DNA of 55,769 bases, the filler included, from Asterionella formosa (taxonomy: Eukaryota): NCBI GenBank assembly GCA_002256025.1. It is 6 parts of 6 records of this genome, joined end to end, with 100 filler letters (N's around TTAATTAATTAA, not from the genome) between each part and the next. Parts side by side here need not be neighbours in the genome. Positions count along the whole stretch, not along the records: positions 18,651 to 27,866 come from NKIB01010945.1; positions 27,967 to 37,177 come from NKIB01010949.1; 4 more parts are not named here. One strand, given 5' to 3'. The notes below the pieces were generated by a model. The model was not told the origin of the DNA. It made no database searches and was given only the letters and a program-made list of their open reading frames with translations. This document shows, in pieces, positions 24,331-37,177 of the stretch; position 1 is the first letter of the stretch; each line of letters begins with the position of its first letter. The position numbers and the translations under genes were made by a program.

Positions 24331-27043
24331 CTATTCATCACTGTGAGACAAACCCAATGAAGAATCATAGGAGCCTTCAGGCATAAATTGCTCCAGTTCT
24401 TCATCCTCCAAGTTGTTAAGCTGAATCACACACTGTGATAACCTCTCCCAATCTGATCGAAGTAGGATATATAATAAAACTGTTCCAGTTACTGAGTAGC
24501 CAATGACCACAGCTGAAGTTATTCCCTGGAGATCAATGTGCATTGCAAATGTAAAGATGGCACTCAATGGCATGGTGATCCCCCAACTGCAGATAAATGC
24601 AACAAGTGTTGCCAAACGATAACGACCTTGTGATCCAACCAATGCCCAGCTGACAGTTCCTGCTGTCAAAGCAATGTTTCCAATTCCAAGCAGCGGAAGC
24701 AGTTCAGCAATCAAATGCTGGAGAGTTGGATCTGGGCTTAGCCAAATTGCCATGTCCTCTCCTATCATGAAAAGTATTGAAGTAAAAAAACATGAAGCCA
24801 CAACTCCAATTAAGACTGACTTGTAAGCAGATAACTTTGCCATTCCAGGGTTTCCTGCACCCAAGTGGTAAGCACATCGAACCTCCCCTCCATTACCAAT
24901 TCCAACTGTGAGTGTTTCAAAAACAGTCCAAATGGTGCCAACAAGGCCCCATGCAGCAACTTCAGCTGGACCTATTGCAGCTGCAAATATAGTCAAAATC
25001 TCCCATTCACCATACTCAATTAAGTGTCCAAAGGATACAGGTAGGCCTGTTGTGAGCACGCTCCTCACAGCCTTTTGATTCTGCAGGATCCAATCAGAAC
25101 AATTGGTGAGAAATACAAGGATGGGTACAAATGCATACAAATTCAAATTTGCTTCAACATACACTTAGGGCAAAAGATCCAATCATGCCTTCTAAATAAT
25201 TATTCATCCAACCTTTGTAGACAGTATAACAGCAGTTGAACATGAAGAAAAATAAGGCAACACCCAATTTGATCAAGGCAATTTCCTTAAGTGTTGTTTC
25301 CTTGGTCAGAACCACTCCAAGGATGATAAGGACACCAACAGTGTCATCAAGAACACTGATAAAAGTGCTCCACTTCTCTCTATCAATTACATTTAGGAGA
25401 CCATGATAGGCTTGGTTCACACCAGTCAGCCACTGGCGAAACAACAAAACTATGGCATAAGAGTGCCCAATCTCAGCAATCTTTGCATCAAAACCAAACA
25501 GAATAATGACATCATCAATGAAAAAGGACCAAACTGCAATATTTGGAATCATACAGAAGGTGTAGATGACAGCGCAAATCTGAACATACTGGCCTGCAAG
25601 CTTGTAGTTTCTGGCGCCAACAGCTTGTGAGCACAGTGTAGCTTCTGTGCTGACAATACCACCAAAAAATTCATGTGTCAAGCCTAAAACAAGCTCAACT
25701 ATAACAAATGCGACAACAGCATCAGTCCCAACAAATTGTGAGATCAATGATACAGTGATAGTCTGGTTGATTCCCAAGAGAAGTGCTGTCAAAACAAAGG
25801 GTATAGAAAGGGTGACAATACGCTTTGATTCAAAGTCCCATTCTGAAAGTGTCACAATTCTGTCAAAGCCAGCAGCCATCATGGATGGTTTCCACCACGC
25901 ATACTTTCCAAAACAAAGATCCAGCTCATCATCCCCCTCCATTCCGGGCTTGGGCAGAACGTAATGTCCTGGATCATCTGCATCTGCAGCATCACCTGGG
26001 GTAATAATGTGATCATCCAACCTTGACAAGACAGATGGAGCAGGGGCCCCCATCAAACTCTCACTCCCTAGTAGAGTATCATTATTGTGGATTTGGTGAG
26101 CCTTTCCATCATGTTTAGAACTTACATGGGATGAAACCACGCTACTGAGCTCAGAATGATGTGAAGTATTATTGCGGCAATCAGCTCTCAATGCAATTGC
26201 TTCATGATCATCAATACCAGTGTGACTAATATTGCGACGTTTTCTGTATTCTGCATAAGCACTTTCTTCATCATATTTATCCAAACGCCGCTGTTTTGCA
26301 TCCATGAATGCGCGTCGACGTTGTTGGAGCCCTCGGGATTTTGCATGTGGCCCAAAACCCACATCAAGAAATGACGTCACACCTTCGCGCGAAGGGGTTG
26401 AATTGTCTTTTGCCTCCGAATCAGCGGCACTAGAAGCAGCAGAAAAGGCTGGCTTACTCAAGACAGAACCATCCACATCATCGGGGTAGGGAGGCATGAT
26501 CAACTATAGAAAGAACAAGTAACAAAATGGAACAAATGGTAGCAACATGAGAACCTTTGTACTTGGTTGAAAATAGGTTATATAAACTGCACAATTCCAG
26601 CTAGAAATGGGAGAAGGTGTATTACGCACCTTGTCGAAGGCACCAAGCAAAATTCCAGTTGGAGATCGCGCACCGCTATTCAAGGGAATGGTGGGATTTT
26701 TCCCATGTATGTAAGAAGTAGGACCATTTATTGAAACGTTGTAGTCGTGATGAGCAGCTGTTGTGTCGTCTACTAGGTGCTGCAGAGTCTCACCTTCTGC
26801 CACTAACTTACTCAAATCTCTGGCAGTATCTGGCATTTCACTGACATTTGCTTCAACTCCATCTGTATCATGTTCGAGTTGATATGCAATTCGCCTCTTT
26901 TCATAGCGCCGGCCAAGAGAAACAAAGCATGGAAGCATGAGATTTGACATCAGGCAAAAAATAGTCGTGGCTATCAAGAGTGCGTACTCTGGGTCCTCTC
27001 CTGATGGAACATCCCAAACGAACGTTTCGCCATCGTCGATCAT
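24331..27043 (-). CDS. MATE family efflux transporter; exons 27043-26630, 26503-25163 and 25080-24331
   Basis: Two phase-0 GT-AG introns (126 and 82 nt) join three ORFs. MATE motifs TLCSQAVGARNY, EYGEWEILTIFAA and EVRCAYHLGAGNP, with many TM helices. Confidence 0.92.
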
Positions 27044-27973
27044 CCTTCCGATTTAAAAGTCTGTCTTCTCCTAAAAACTATTGAACTTTTGTCGAGATTG
27101 CTCCTGCATGAAAATAAGCAAAGGTTGCTGTTGTTACCTATTCGAGTCGATTGTTATTCGGTGTGCCAGGTCATACCTCAACATTAAGAGACTATGTAGC
27201 TTTACCTGGTACCAGGTACATGCGATTGCAGAATTGAAATACATGGACTATCTCTGTATAGTAACGAATCTATGTAGGAGTAAGGCCGTTGCTAACGGTG
27301 GACCAAAACCAAAACCAAACAGTGTGGTAACCCTAAAAAACGATGCTAACGGGAGTGAAAAACCCAACGCAAACGCATTAAGTTTAGGGGATTCCGTGCC
27401 CATATCCCAATAAGTTACCCAAACGCATTACGTTTAGGTTTTTTTTTCCCAAAGTTACCTAAACGTAGGATTCCATGTTGACTACTTTGAATGTAGTCAC
27501 TAGAAACCCAATTATTATCGTCGTAGAATCACTACATATAGGACGGAGCATACCGGTATATATCATATCTATATATACAACAACAGCTTTACGGTAAGTA
27601 CTCTGTACCAGGGTACCACACTGGCGAGAACAACAACAGCAACAGCAACAACAACAAATCATCGCAGCACTATGGATCTACTTTCGAAGAAGTTACAATG
27701 ACTATTACTCGACAATCAAATTAGACCTACTCAATTCACAAGCTAGAGCGTTGTACGATTGAAAAGGTCGCTTCAATTTGCCATCATCACATCCAGTATT
27801 GGTATAGCTAGAGATGTAATCATAAAGATCAAACTACAAAGCAAACGACATATTTACGCAGTGCTTNNNNNNNNNNNNNNNNNNNNNNNNNNNNNNNNNN
27901 NNNNNNNNNNTTAATTAATTAANNNNNNNNNNNNNNNNNNNNNNNNNNNNNNNNNNNNNNNNNNNNAATCAAA

Positions 27974-28566
27974 ATGGAGAAATATAGGCTTGTAGAAGAG
28001 CATAAGGGCACTGGTGATGATTTCTTGGAACCAACATCGGCGGCTGAAGTTCGAATTACGCAACAAGGAAAACCAAGAAACTATATTACTTACGCAATGA
28101 ATCTTTTTGTGAGTTTGTACCACATGATTTTGAGTTGACGCTTGTTTGTTGTTGTAGTGCTTGCTTTACATTGCTGCTCTGTCTGTTCTCACTCTCATCA
28201 CTTACTCTCACTTTCTTTTGTAATCAGTCCGAAGGCAGCAGCGAAATTGTGTTGAAGGCGATGGGCCGGGCCATTAACAAAGCTGTGACTATAGCTGAAA
28301 TTCTCAAGCGAAAAATGCCACTCCACCAAATAACTTCTTTAAGTAGCTGCGAAATGATTGATGTCTTTGAACCACTCGAAGAGGGACTGGATGTTGTTAC
28401 CACCAAGAGGTATGTGAGCTGCATGAAAATCACATTATCACGGGACGGACAAGGAATGGATCAGACAGACATTGGTTATCAACCACCATTGCCAATTGAC
28501 GAGATTCAATCCGGAGACTTGAATCCGCTGCGACGAAGTGGTACGGATGAGATTGTTGTGAGTTAA
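27974..28566 (+). CDS. Alba-domain (Rpp25-like) nucleic-acid-binding protein; exons 27974-28108 and 28228-28566
   Basis: MEKYR...EVRITQQGKPRNYITYAMNLF|SEGSSEIVLKAMGRAINKAVTIAEILKRK...GYQPPLP, with a 119-nt GTGAGT..CAG intron. Exon 1 is missed by the ORF track. Confidence 0.92.
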
Positions 28567-29208
28567 AAACAAGACAGTAGCAATAACAGCGTACTAAATC
28601 TTGTAATTCCTTTCTTGTCGTAACTAGAGACTTATTTACTGATAAAAACTCTTGTGTTTCGCGTTTCAGCTCTGACCTGCTGTAAATAAATAGATGTGGG
28701 AACCAACTGACATCGAAGCTCAATTTGTTAGCTCTTTGGTAGATTTTTTTTATTCGAAAGCAAGATGAAGCATAACTGTAAAGGCACTGGTGGTATTTCC
28801 TGAGTGGCCGAACCAACATCTGATCCAGTCGGACTACGAGTTTATGCATGAGATCCTTGATGTGCTTTCCTTTAGTTCCTTCCACATCATAAATTAAAAA
28901 TGTCTCAACGAATTCATTCCACTAAAGGATAACTCTCCACTCGAAGGGAAATCGAGCAAGACTTTTGTCATCTTTATTTCGACGGGTTCTCGACTAGAGG
29001 TAGTACTACACAACGCGGACGCCAAGTATCGGTAAATCGTTTGACAGTGGCAAGTCAAGATTGTATTTTGTTTGTGGTGTCATCGGAGATAATGAATTGA
29101 CCATGAAATATTGGCTGAGACATCGTCGTACATCAGTACAGTTGCGCAAATAAGTTTAATGATATTTTACCTGCATGAAGCAAATCAAATGTCAATTCCT
29201 TTACTGGC

Positions 29209-30312
29209 TCATTCATGGCCTTGATATAATTTCAAGTTAGTAATGGACTCAATTGATGTCTGCCTATTAAATGGTCTAGGACAAGCCGGTATTTTGGGCA
29301 CAACCATTTTCGCAATTTGAGTACCCTCATCTGGATGGCATGATTGACACAAACCAAGGTCGCCCTTGACAGACAGAAATATGAAGGCTTCTGCTGCGGT
29401 AAAGCCCCATTGCGAAATCAATAATTTGGCTGCTTCATCGCATGCGAGGGTGGTCGTCTCTGGAATATCAGTCTCCACAACTCCATGGGTAATCCAATGT
29501 GTGGCAGTTTCGGTGACTGGGAAATGCACACGGTCCTTCACACTACAATCATACTTGAGAATAGCGCAGCTCAGCAAAACATGGCCCGCAACTTCAACGC
29601 CAGTTCCGCAAATCTCGCCGTCTCCCTGCGAAGCATGCATATCTCCAATGCTCAAGAGTCCTCCCGGATGCTGTACTGATATGTGTATGGTACTACCAAT
29701 TCCGTTATGTTTGTTGTCAAGGTTTCCACCATGTTTTCCAGCTGGCATAGTAGACATGTCAACATTGCCTTTGGGTGCAAGACCAATAACTCCGAGCATG
29801 GGAGATATTGGGAATGACAATGGAGCTATTCGTTTTGTTTTATTCTTCTTACTTTCCCGCATAGTCAATAGTCCTTCTGGATGCATATCGAAGAATTTGG
29901 TGGTTGTCTGGTTAATGAAATGACAGAGCTGCCCCATCGAGGGACTGCACCGAGCTACACCCACTCCAACTGGTCGAATGTCGTGAATAGTGATAGAGAG
30001 AAGATCACCGGGTAGAGCGCCCTTTACATATATTGGACCAGTGACAGGATTAAGCTTGGAGAAGTCTAATTTAACGTCCGGATTCGTTGGTGTGATGGCT
30101 TGAAAGAAACAATCGTGAGTTTCCACATGTATCAATTCGCCGGGGGACACGAATAGTGCTGGAGGGATCCGGGAGCTGAACTTAAATGCGCAGTGTTCTT
30201 TGGATAGTCGGTGCTTTGCTTCTGGCCAAATGTTGCTTACTGAACTGCTTGTAGAACACGAAGGGGTGGATGAGGCTTGCATGTTGGTTCGGTTTCTCGA
30301 TCTAATAAACAT
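29209..30312 (-). CDS. Acetamidase/formamidase (FmdA_AmdA family)
   Basis: Motifs NPVTGPIYVKGALPGD, PGKHGGNLD-like, GDMHASQGDGEICGTGVE. Intronless; start codon uncertain (30312 or 30282). Confidence 0.9.
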   Translation of the reverse strand: MFIRSRNRTNMQASSTPSCSTSSSVSNIWPEAKHRLSKEHCAFKFSSRIPPALFVSPGELIHVETHDCFFQAITPTNPDVKLDFSKLNPVTGPIYVKGALPGDLLSITIHDIRPVGVGVARCSPSMGQLCHFINQTTTKFFDMHPEGLLTMRESKKNKTKRIAPLSFPISPMLGVIGLAPKGNVDMSTMPAGKHGGNLDNKHNGIGSTIHISVQHPGGLLSIGDMHASQGDGEICGTGVEVAGHVLLSCAILKYDCSVKDRVHFPVTETATHWITHGVVETDIPETTTLACDEAAKLLISQWGFTAAEAFIFLSVKGDLGLCQSCHPDEGTQIAKMVVPKIPACPRPFNRQTSIESITNLKLYQGHE

Positions 30313-30911
30313 TTTCAAACTCAAATCATCCAACAAGAAATGCTCTCCACGGTCCTCGACTGATGTATTTATGTTGACTACCGGTACCTAGTACTGGTTT
30401 GACAGAACAAATAACAGTACCGGTACCTGGTACTCTAGTAACCTGGCAATTCTGCATGTACCATGTAGTAAACGCTACTTGTATGCAAGTTGGCGTACTG
30501 GTGAACATTTTAGCATTGTTCTATTTTCCAACCACCAAGCACGTACCGGTACCTGGTACCACTACATATGTAATACCGGTAAGATAATGGCACAACTACC
30601 AGTCGAAAAAATCGTGCATTTCTGGCCATGACGAACAATGAGTGACAATAAAGATAATCGCCATGAATTTCAGTCAGAGCAGCATTCCAAGCAACAGAAA
30701 AAGAAGTTTTGAATTCGTCATTTTACGGATATGCACAACGTTGCCATAAACGATCACGTGGTCAAGAATTTACTGCATGCTTTAACTTTTCATCCTCGGT
30801 AGCAGAATGAAGACTACCAACTTAAAGAGTCTTGAATCAATGTGGTTGAACATGCCACATGAAAGTACAATCTGAATCACAAGCTCTTTGCTAGCATCCA
30901 AATGTCGTAGA

Positions 30912-31649
30912 CTAGTTTCTAGCAAACCCCGACTTTGGCGCCGAAATCACGACGAACGAATCTGCTACTTGACGCAGTATTTCCTCTTGAGATTTGAAGC
31001 GTTGCAACGTCGTTCCTGTCACCAGCATTACTAAAGAATCCTCCGCAAATTGTATATTGACATAGAGCTTGCGCTCGCTCTCTCGCATAGCAGGTGTATA
31101 GGCTGTGAAAGAAATGGACAGCAACCCACTACTTGTATCTAATGTCCTTATCTTGATATCAGTTGGTTCTCCGTAGGCACCATACTTGCCCTTGGACGAG
31201 AACAAATTCCCAATGATTGCAGCATTCAATGCCTTTCCTGTTGTTCCTTCCTTGATATTGGGTACAACTTGAACAAAGGCCGACTCGGAATTAAGTAGAT
31301 CTCTCGCTTCCAATCCAGCAGTCGTCGCTAGCAATGGCCAAGGTGTTTGAAATTGCACGAGTATTGGATTACCCGTTCCACCAATGATTTCAGCCGACAC
31401 AATCCCTTGTTTATTTTGAATTGGAGCACTCCCTTCTCGCAAGTTGACCCCTGTCGATGGCTTTGTCTTGCCCAAACCACCCACACCGCCTTCAAAGGCG
31501 AGAACTTGATGGAGACGAAACGACGGAGCCACGGCTGCTATTTGCAAGATGACTCGGCGGGAAATTTCATTCCCTAGAGAGTTTACAATGTAACAGCTAT
31601 GGAACAGTACAAGAAGACGAGAAGTCGATGCGAGGTTCATCATCACCAT
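30912..31649 (-). CDS. PsbP-like thylakoid-lumen protein
   Basis: Signal peptide, twin-Arg SRR plus hydrophobic stretch ending VLA-F, then FEGGVGGLGKTKP, GKYGAYG and a C-terminal LRQVADSF typical of PsbP-fold proteins. Confidence 0.7.
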   Translation of the reverse strand: MVMMNLASTSRLLVLFHSCYIVNSLGNEISRRVILQIAAVAPSFRLHQVLAFEGGVGGLGKTKPSTGVNLREGSAPIQNKQGIVSAEIIGGTGNPILVQFQTPWPLLATTAGLEARDLLNSESAFVQVVPNIKEGTTGKALNAAIIGNLFSSKGKYGAYGEPTDIKIRTLDTSSGLLSISFTAYTPAMRESERKLYVNIQFAEDSLVMLVTGTTLQRFKSQEEILRQVADSFVVISAPKSGFARN

Positions 31650-31716
31650 GTTGGTTTATTGGTTACCAATACATATAGATACCGACAGTATTCTCAGGAT
31701 CCACTGAAGCCGGGTA

Positions 31717-31964
31717 CCTGCATGTTGCGGTAATTCTTCTGCTGCAACTAAATGTTTAAATGTTTAGCTTTTTCTATTCCATATTAAATAATTGTTTATT
31801 TAAGCGAATTGACCGCAACTTGCGTGTATACTAACTCCATACCGGCATACTAGCATTCCCATCCTTGCACCAGCAAGATGCGGTAATTGTGCCAAAGCTA
31901 ACAATTTAGCTATCTTTATCTAAGATTAATTGTTTATTTAAGCGAAATGACCGCAACTTGCAGG
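31717..31964. mobile_element. 248-bp MITE with ~15-19-bp TIRs and TA TSD, built from two tandem sub-units
   Basis: TA|CCTGCATGTTGCGGT ... ACCGCAACTTGCAGG|TA (14/15 match). Internal motif copies at ~31812 and ~31873; TAATTGTTTATTTAAGCGAA is duplicated. Confidence 0.8.
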
Positions 31965-32498
31965 TACCAACAGGCAGGTACAATACTTCGTAGAATACCA
32001 AGTTAGACTACCAGTAACAGGTACCCTCGTACCTGTTACCTGGTACCCTGGTACCAGTTCTGTGTCCTGGACCGGGCCCCAGTTGATACGTACTGGTACC
32101 AGTACTCNNNNNNNNNNNNNNNNNNNNNNNNNNNNNNNNNNNNNNNNNNNNNNNNNNNNNNNNNNNNNNNNNNNNNNNNNNNNNNNNNNNNNNNNNNNNN
32201 NNNNNNNNNNNNNNNNNNNNNNNNNNNNNNNNNNNNNNNNNNNNNNNAGTACTCCTCTAAAGAGTCTACCGGTACATCACAGTGCCAGCACTCCAGCCAC
32301 CCTGACGGGCGTTGAGGAAGGTGGGGGATCTCGTTGCTCGTTTTACAAATGTATCGGTGGTTGTTAAAGAAGGTAATGATGGCATGCATTTACTAGCCGG
32401 TATGTACTGGTACCAGGTACCAGGTACGGGACTTCAATTCAATGTGAGCAATCCTCACAAAAAAAACAAGTACGACAGGAATAGACAAGAATCCCAGA

Positions 32499-32861
32499 AT
32501 GAAGACTGAAATTGCTCCTATTCTCTCACTGCTTTTCATGGTACAACTGAGTACGGGTAATCTGTTCTCACTAGAGGGCCCGAGCCTTCTCCAATTCAGA
32601 GAACAACCATCTTTCCACCGCCTGCTCGCAAATAATGACGATCTCATCGGCACGAACAGTACCACAAATGAAACCATCCTTGATGCCTTGTACACCAACC
32701 ATACTCTCTTGAGCGTAGAGAAGGACCCTCCTCGAGACTACCCTGTCATTGTCATTGGACTCTTTTTTGCAGTTGCCATCGTCCTGTGTGGATCGACCTT
32801 GAAACGAGTATGTACGAAGCGATCACAGTATGAGTCAATTGCAACAGAGTTGGTAGTTTAA
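32499..32861 (+). CDS. Small type-I membrane protein (120 aa)
   Basis: Signal peptide, N-glycosylation sequons (NST, NET, NHT), one TM helix and a cytosolic YESI sorting-type motif. Confidence 0.7.
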   Translation: MKTEIAPILSLLFMVQLSTGNLFSLEGPSLLQFREQPSFHRLLANNDDLIGTNSTTNETILDALYTNHTLLSVEKDPPRDYPVIVIGLFFAVAIVLCGSTLKRVCTKRSQYESIATELVV

Positions 32862-35800
32862 GTGCACTTTTCGCGAGGAAGGCGAATTACGTGTTGTGCA
32901 CTGTTGAACAAGAATTTCAGATTAATGCGAACGAGACACTGGAATCGGGTAAGGCGACTGGGCAAACGTTTACATGTCTTCGGGCAAGAGAGCAAACCCC
33001 GTACACTTAGTTTCTAGAGGTGAACCATTCACGATTTAGCAAGAAAGTTATCGGTACATCATCACTTTAGGCCTTTACTACGAAGCGTATTTTAATCGTC
33101 CTTTTGCGAATTCGTTCACAAGATCAAATGTGTGCCTTTAGGCATTGGGGAAAATCCGATGAATTTTTCATTTGAAAAAACCTCTGAGATCAATCTATTG
33201 CTTGCTACCAAATTGAATGCATCAGTTCAGTTTCTTTTTTCATTTTTCTGAGGGACAGCTGCCCGGCATACTGACATTCGGCAAACTATACAAAATGTAC
33301 CAACAACCTTGGACAACAATAAAACTTAAGTACCCAACTCCCTTCTAATAAATTCGTCAGACACAATTGCTTGGATGGATGCATAATGGTATATACTACC
33401 GGTACACAATATGTTGCTTACAACGCACATCTACATAATTTTCCTCTTTTTCGCATACATTCAAAAGTAGAGAGTAGCTCCTTCGACATTTCAAGAAAAA
33501 CCCTCTTTGTACAATTTTGATCATTCTGCCTTCATCAACAGACTTTGGTTTTGAAAGGACCTCCCATTTTCCAGGTTGCCTGAATTCTTGTTGACATTTC
33601 GCACATAAGAATTGTCAAAATGATTCATTAAGAAAATTGAACATCAACTTTCTTTCAGTTTTGTAATCATGCATCAACTCCAATGAGATACTCTCCATTC
33701 TCCATTGATAATCATGAGCTTCTTGTGAGCCAGTTGTCAAATCAAAGATGTTCCATCCCGGATGGCGGTTAAAAGTAGATGAAGAATTTGTACTTTATGG
33801 GAAACCAAACTTTTGGTTGACATGCTCTGTGATAGACTGATACCAAGTACTACCTCTGGTTGAAAACAATTGCACTGATTCTTAAAATTTCTCAAGGGAC
33901 ATTTTGACTGCCATGATTTTCTCCAGTTCGATTTCCAATATTTACGCCTTCGTCTAAGCTAATAACTGCTTATACAATATACAAAGATTAAAATTAGCAA
34001 CTTAATANNNNNNNNNNNNNNNNNNNNNNNNNNNNNNNNNNNNNNNNNNNNNNNNNNNNNNNNNNNNNNNNNNNNNNNNNNNNNNNNNNNNNNNNNNNNN
34101 NNNNNNNNNNNNNNNNNNNNNNNNNNNNNNNNNNNNNNNNNNNNNNNNNNNNNNNNNNNNNNNNNNNNNNNNNNNNNNNNNNNNNNNNNNNNNNNNNNNN
34201 NNNNNNNNNNNNNNNNNNNNNNNNNNNNNNNNNNNNNNNNNNNNNNNNNNNNNNNNNNNNNNNNNNNNNNNNNNNNNNNNNNNNNNNNNNNNNNNNNNNN
34301 NNNNNNNNNNNNNNNNNNNNNNNNNNNNNNNNNNNNNNNNNNNNNNNNNNNNNNNNNNNNNNNNNNNNNNNNNNNNNNNNNNNNNNNNNNNNNNNNNNNN
34401 NNNNNNNNNNNNNNNNNNNNNNNNNNNNNNNNNNNNNNNNNNNNNNNNNNNNNNNNNNNNNNNNNNNNNNNNNNNNNNNNNNNNNNNNNNNNNNNNNNNN
34501 NNNNNNNNNNNNNNNNNNNNNNNNNNNNNNNNNNNNNNNNNNNNNNNNNNNNNNNCGTCCTCTTCCTTGTAACATTTATAATGATCCTAGATAGATCTTA
34601 GGACATAGATGTTCCTCAACTGAGTAATTCTTTCGGGTTGTTGGATCAAATAGGACACTTTGACTGTGCATTAATCCCTTGGACTTTCTGATTCTTATTC
34701 TCTTCAATCACTCCTCTCTGTTTAAGGTAAGGTGAACCTGTTTGGTAAATGTAAGTTGTACCTTTCACAGGCTGAGATTCACTTCTATCAGAAAACTCTC
34801 TTTCCTGTATGGAGATCACACTTTAACATTGTCCATACCAAATGTCTCAGGGGTAGGACACTATAGTATACCACGGTATGGATATCACACTGCTGACAGA
34901 CGTAAATCTATTATCGAGGTTTCTATAATAATAACGAGTTCTTTCCGGCTCATTAGGCTGATTTCAGTCTCTCTTTGAGGCTCAATTTGAAAACCTCATT
35001 GTTACTTTCCTCTAACTTTAGATACCGTAGTACATCGTTGGATAGCACTTTTCTCCTGATTTTTAAAAGGGCTATACGTGTTCAAGACAAAGAATTGAAA
35101 ATTGAACTTCTAATATTTACTCGTGTGTCACTCACAACAAGACAAACTCTGCAGACTCAGATCAGTCTGGACTGGAAGGACTCAATGTTGCTTCAATGGA
35201 ATGATGTAAACAACAATCAACACATAGAAGCGTACCCATGGACCATACACAACATGTCATAGTCATCATTTTCCAGTCTTCACATGTACTTTGTAGGTGG
35301 GAACTGTCAGAACCACAACCCCTGACCCGAAAAATTTCTTGCCTCTGGGTAGCTGGATTTTTAGTCAATCTTGACGACCTTCTAGGTGATTCTTTGTCTT
35401 CTTCTCGTTATAATGATAACATAACAATGCCTCATCTGCAAAAAGCTTGCGAAAACGAAGCATGCTATCAACCTCCTCTTTGCATTATGATTGTCAACAG
35501 CATGCCAAAACTTGTAGTGGTTGTAGAAAATTAATGAAAATGTCATCTTTTCTGTTATTCATGATCTTTGCACACTTTCCCCCTCCACCATTTTTTCAAT
35601 CCACCATCTGAGTGGTTACAGGTTCGCCCTCAACCTTTTGATCAATGACAAACATAATTGAATCATTCCAGAGCTCCGAAACTTTTAAAACCTATATAAG
35701 CTTATTGCCATTCATACCTCCAGAAACATACAGTTCTGTAGATTTAGATAAACGTTTCAGAAATGAAATATCCGTTGAATTGTGCTACATAGGGACAAGG

Positions 35801-35976
35801 GATTGAAAAACCCAGACTGAAATCAGTCTATCCGGAAAGAATCCGATAATATTGTACACAGGGATGCATAACATACTACTGTACATGGTCAATTTTACTT
35901 AGGTACCTGGTTCCTGGTACTACCGGTATGACGACCACATCAATAAACACCCATATTATGATCATTCGCAAAACAA

Positions 35977-37177
35977 ATGACCATGATGAGGGTTCGCATC
36001 GTTGTCCTCTTCCTAGCCGTCGCATCGTTTACGATCGCCCAAGACAGCGAGCAAACTTGCCTAGCCGATGGAACTCATTGCGGCTGTCGTGATGAACATA
36101 ACTCCTGTAGTTACTGGCAATCGTTGGGTGAATGGTACGACTGCTGGAACAGGGCGTTTAGAGACTTGACGTTGTTCGACAAAGTATACTCATTCGCTTT
36201 GTCTCCTTTCAGTGAAAAGAATGCGAGATGGATGGAACTTAATTGTCGAGCGAGCTGTAAGGTGTGTGATCCTAGCGAAGTTGATTTAGGCCTGCCCCAA
36301 CAGGTTGACGCCAAACACAAAGCGCAAATAGACGAAATCATGGCCAAGGCGAAGGCCTACGTTGAAAGCATTGCTAATGACGATTTTCTCCGCCGAGCTT
36401 TGCCAGCATGCAAGAATCTTCACGAGTCTTGCGCCTTTTGGGCTGCAATAGGAGAGGTGAGACTTTCTTTGTTCGTGTTTGGTGTATGTATGTACTCTCG
36501 TATCATCTCGGCCTTACCGAAACTCGCTTGGACTGAATGCAGTGCACCGAAAACCCTGTCTATATGAAACGAAACTGTGCTCCCGTATGTGAAAGCTGTG
36601 ACCAGGTCACTGTAGAAACTCGTTGCCCTATCGATCCCGATGCTCCAAATGCATGGGCCCCGGGGGACCTGGAGGAAATGTTTATCAACATCACGACTCT
36701 TCCTGAGAACCAAAAATACGTCCCAACAATATTTTCCCGACCAAATATAGTGGACGGGGATGACGAAGCTACTATTGACTACAAGATCGGCCCATGGGTC
36801 GTTATCCTTGAAAACTTTGTCACCGACGAAGAATGCGACCATTTAATTGAGTTGGGGACGGCGGCCGGCTACCAGCGTTCCGCCGATGTTGGAAAAATGA
36901 AGGTTGACGGAACTTTTGAGGCGAATGTCAATGATGGAAGAACTTCAATGAACGCATGGTGTCAGAACGAATGTTATGATGATCCAATGGCCAAAGAAGT
37001 CATGTACCGGATTGGGAATCTTACTGGTATTCCTGACGAAAACTCTGAGTACTTGCAACTCTTGCAATACGAAGTTGGCCAGTATTATAGAACCCACCAT
37101 GATTATATCGAGCATCAAGTAACACGTCAGCAAGGAGTCCGGTTATTGACAGTTTTCCTTTACTTGAATGATGTTGA
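35977..37177 (+). CDS. Secreted ShK-domain prolyl 4-hydroxylase; introns 36135-36212 and 36457-36542; 3' truncated
   Basis: Two ShKT modules are restored by splicing (C..W...GEC|EKN..WM..NC..SC..C; CAFWAAIGE|CTENPVYMKRNCAPVCESC). P4H motifs LQLLQYEVGQYYRTHHDY and RLLTVFLYLNDV. Confidence 0.92.

Noticed and set aside
27281..27465. TAA-GGCCGTTGCTAACGG start with repeated AAACGCATTA motifs, Harbinger-like end
   Set aside because: No matching opposite TIR was found, so it cannot be supported as an element.
27459..27662. Poly-Cys ORF (MICCCCCCCCC)
   Set aside because: Translation of a CAA/CAG microsatellite; no coding evidence.
33480..35700. AT-rich coding-like remnants, possibly a decayed TE
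   Set aside because: No motif could be identified with confidence; many stops and a gap.
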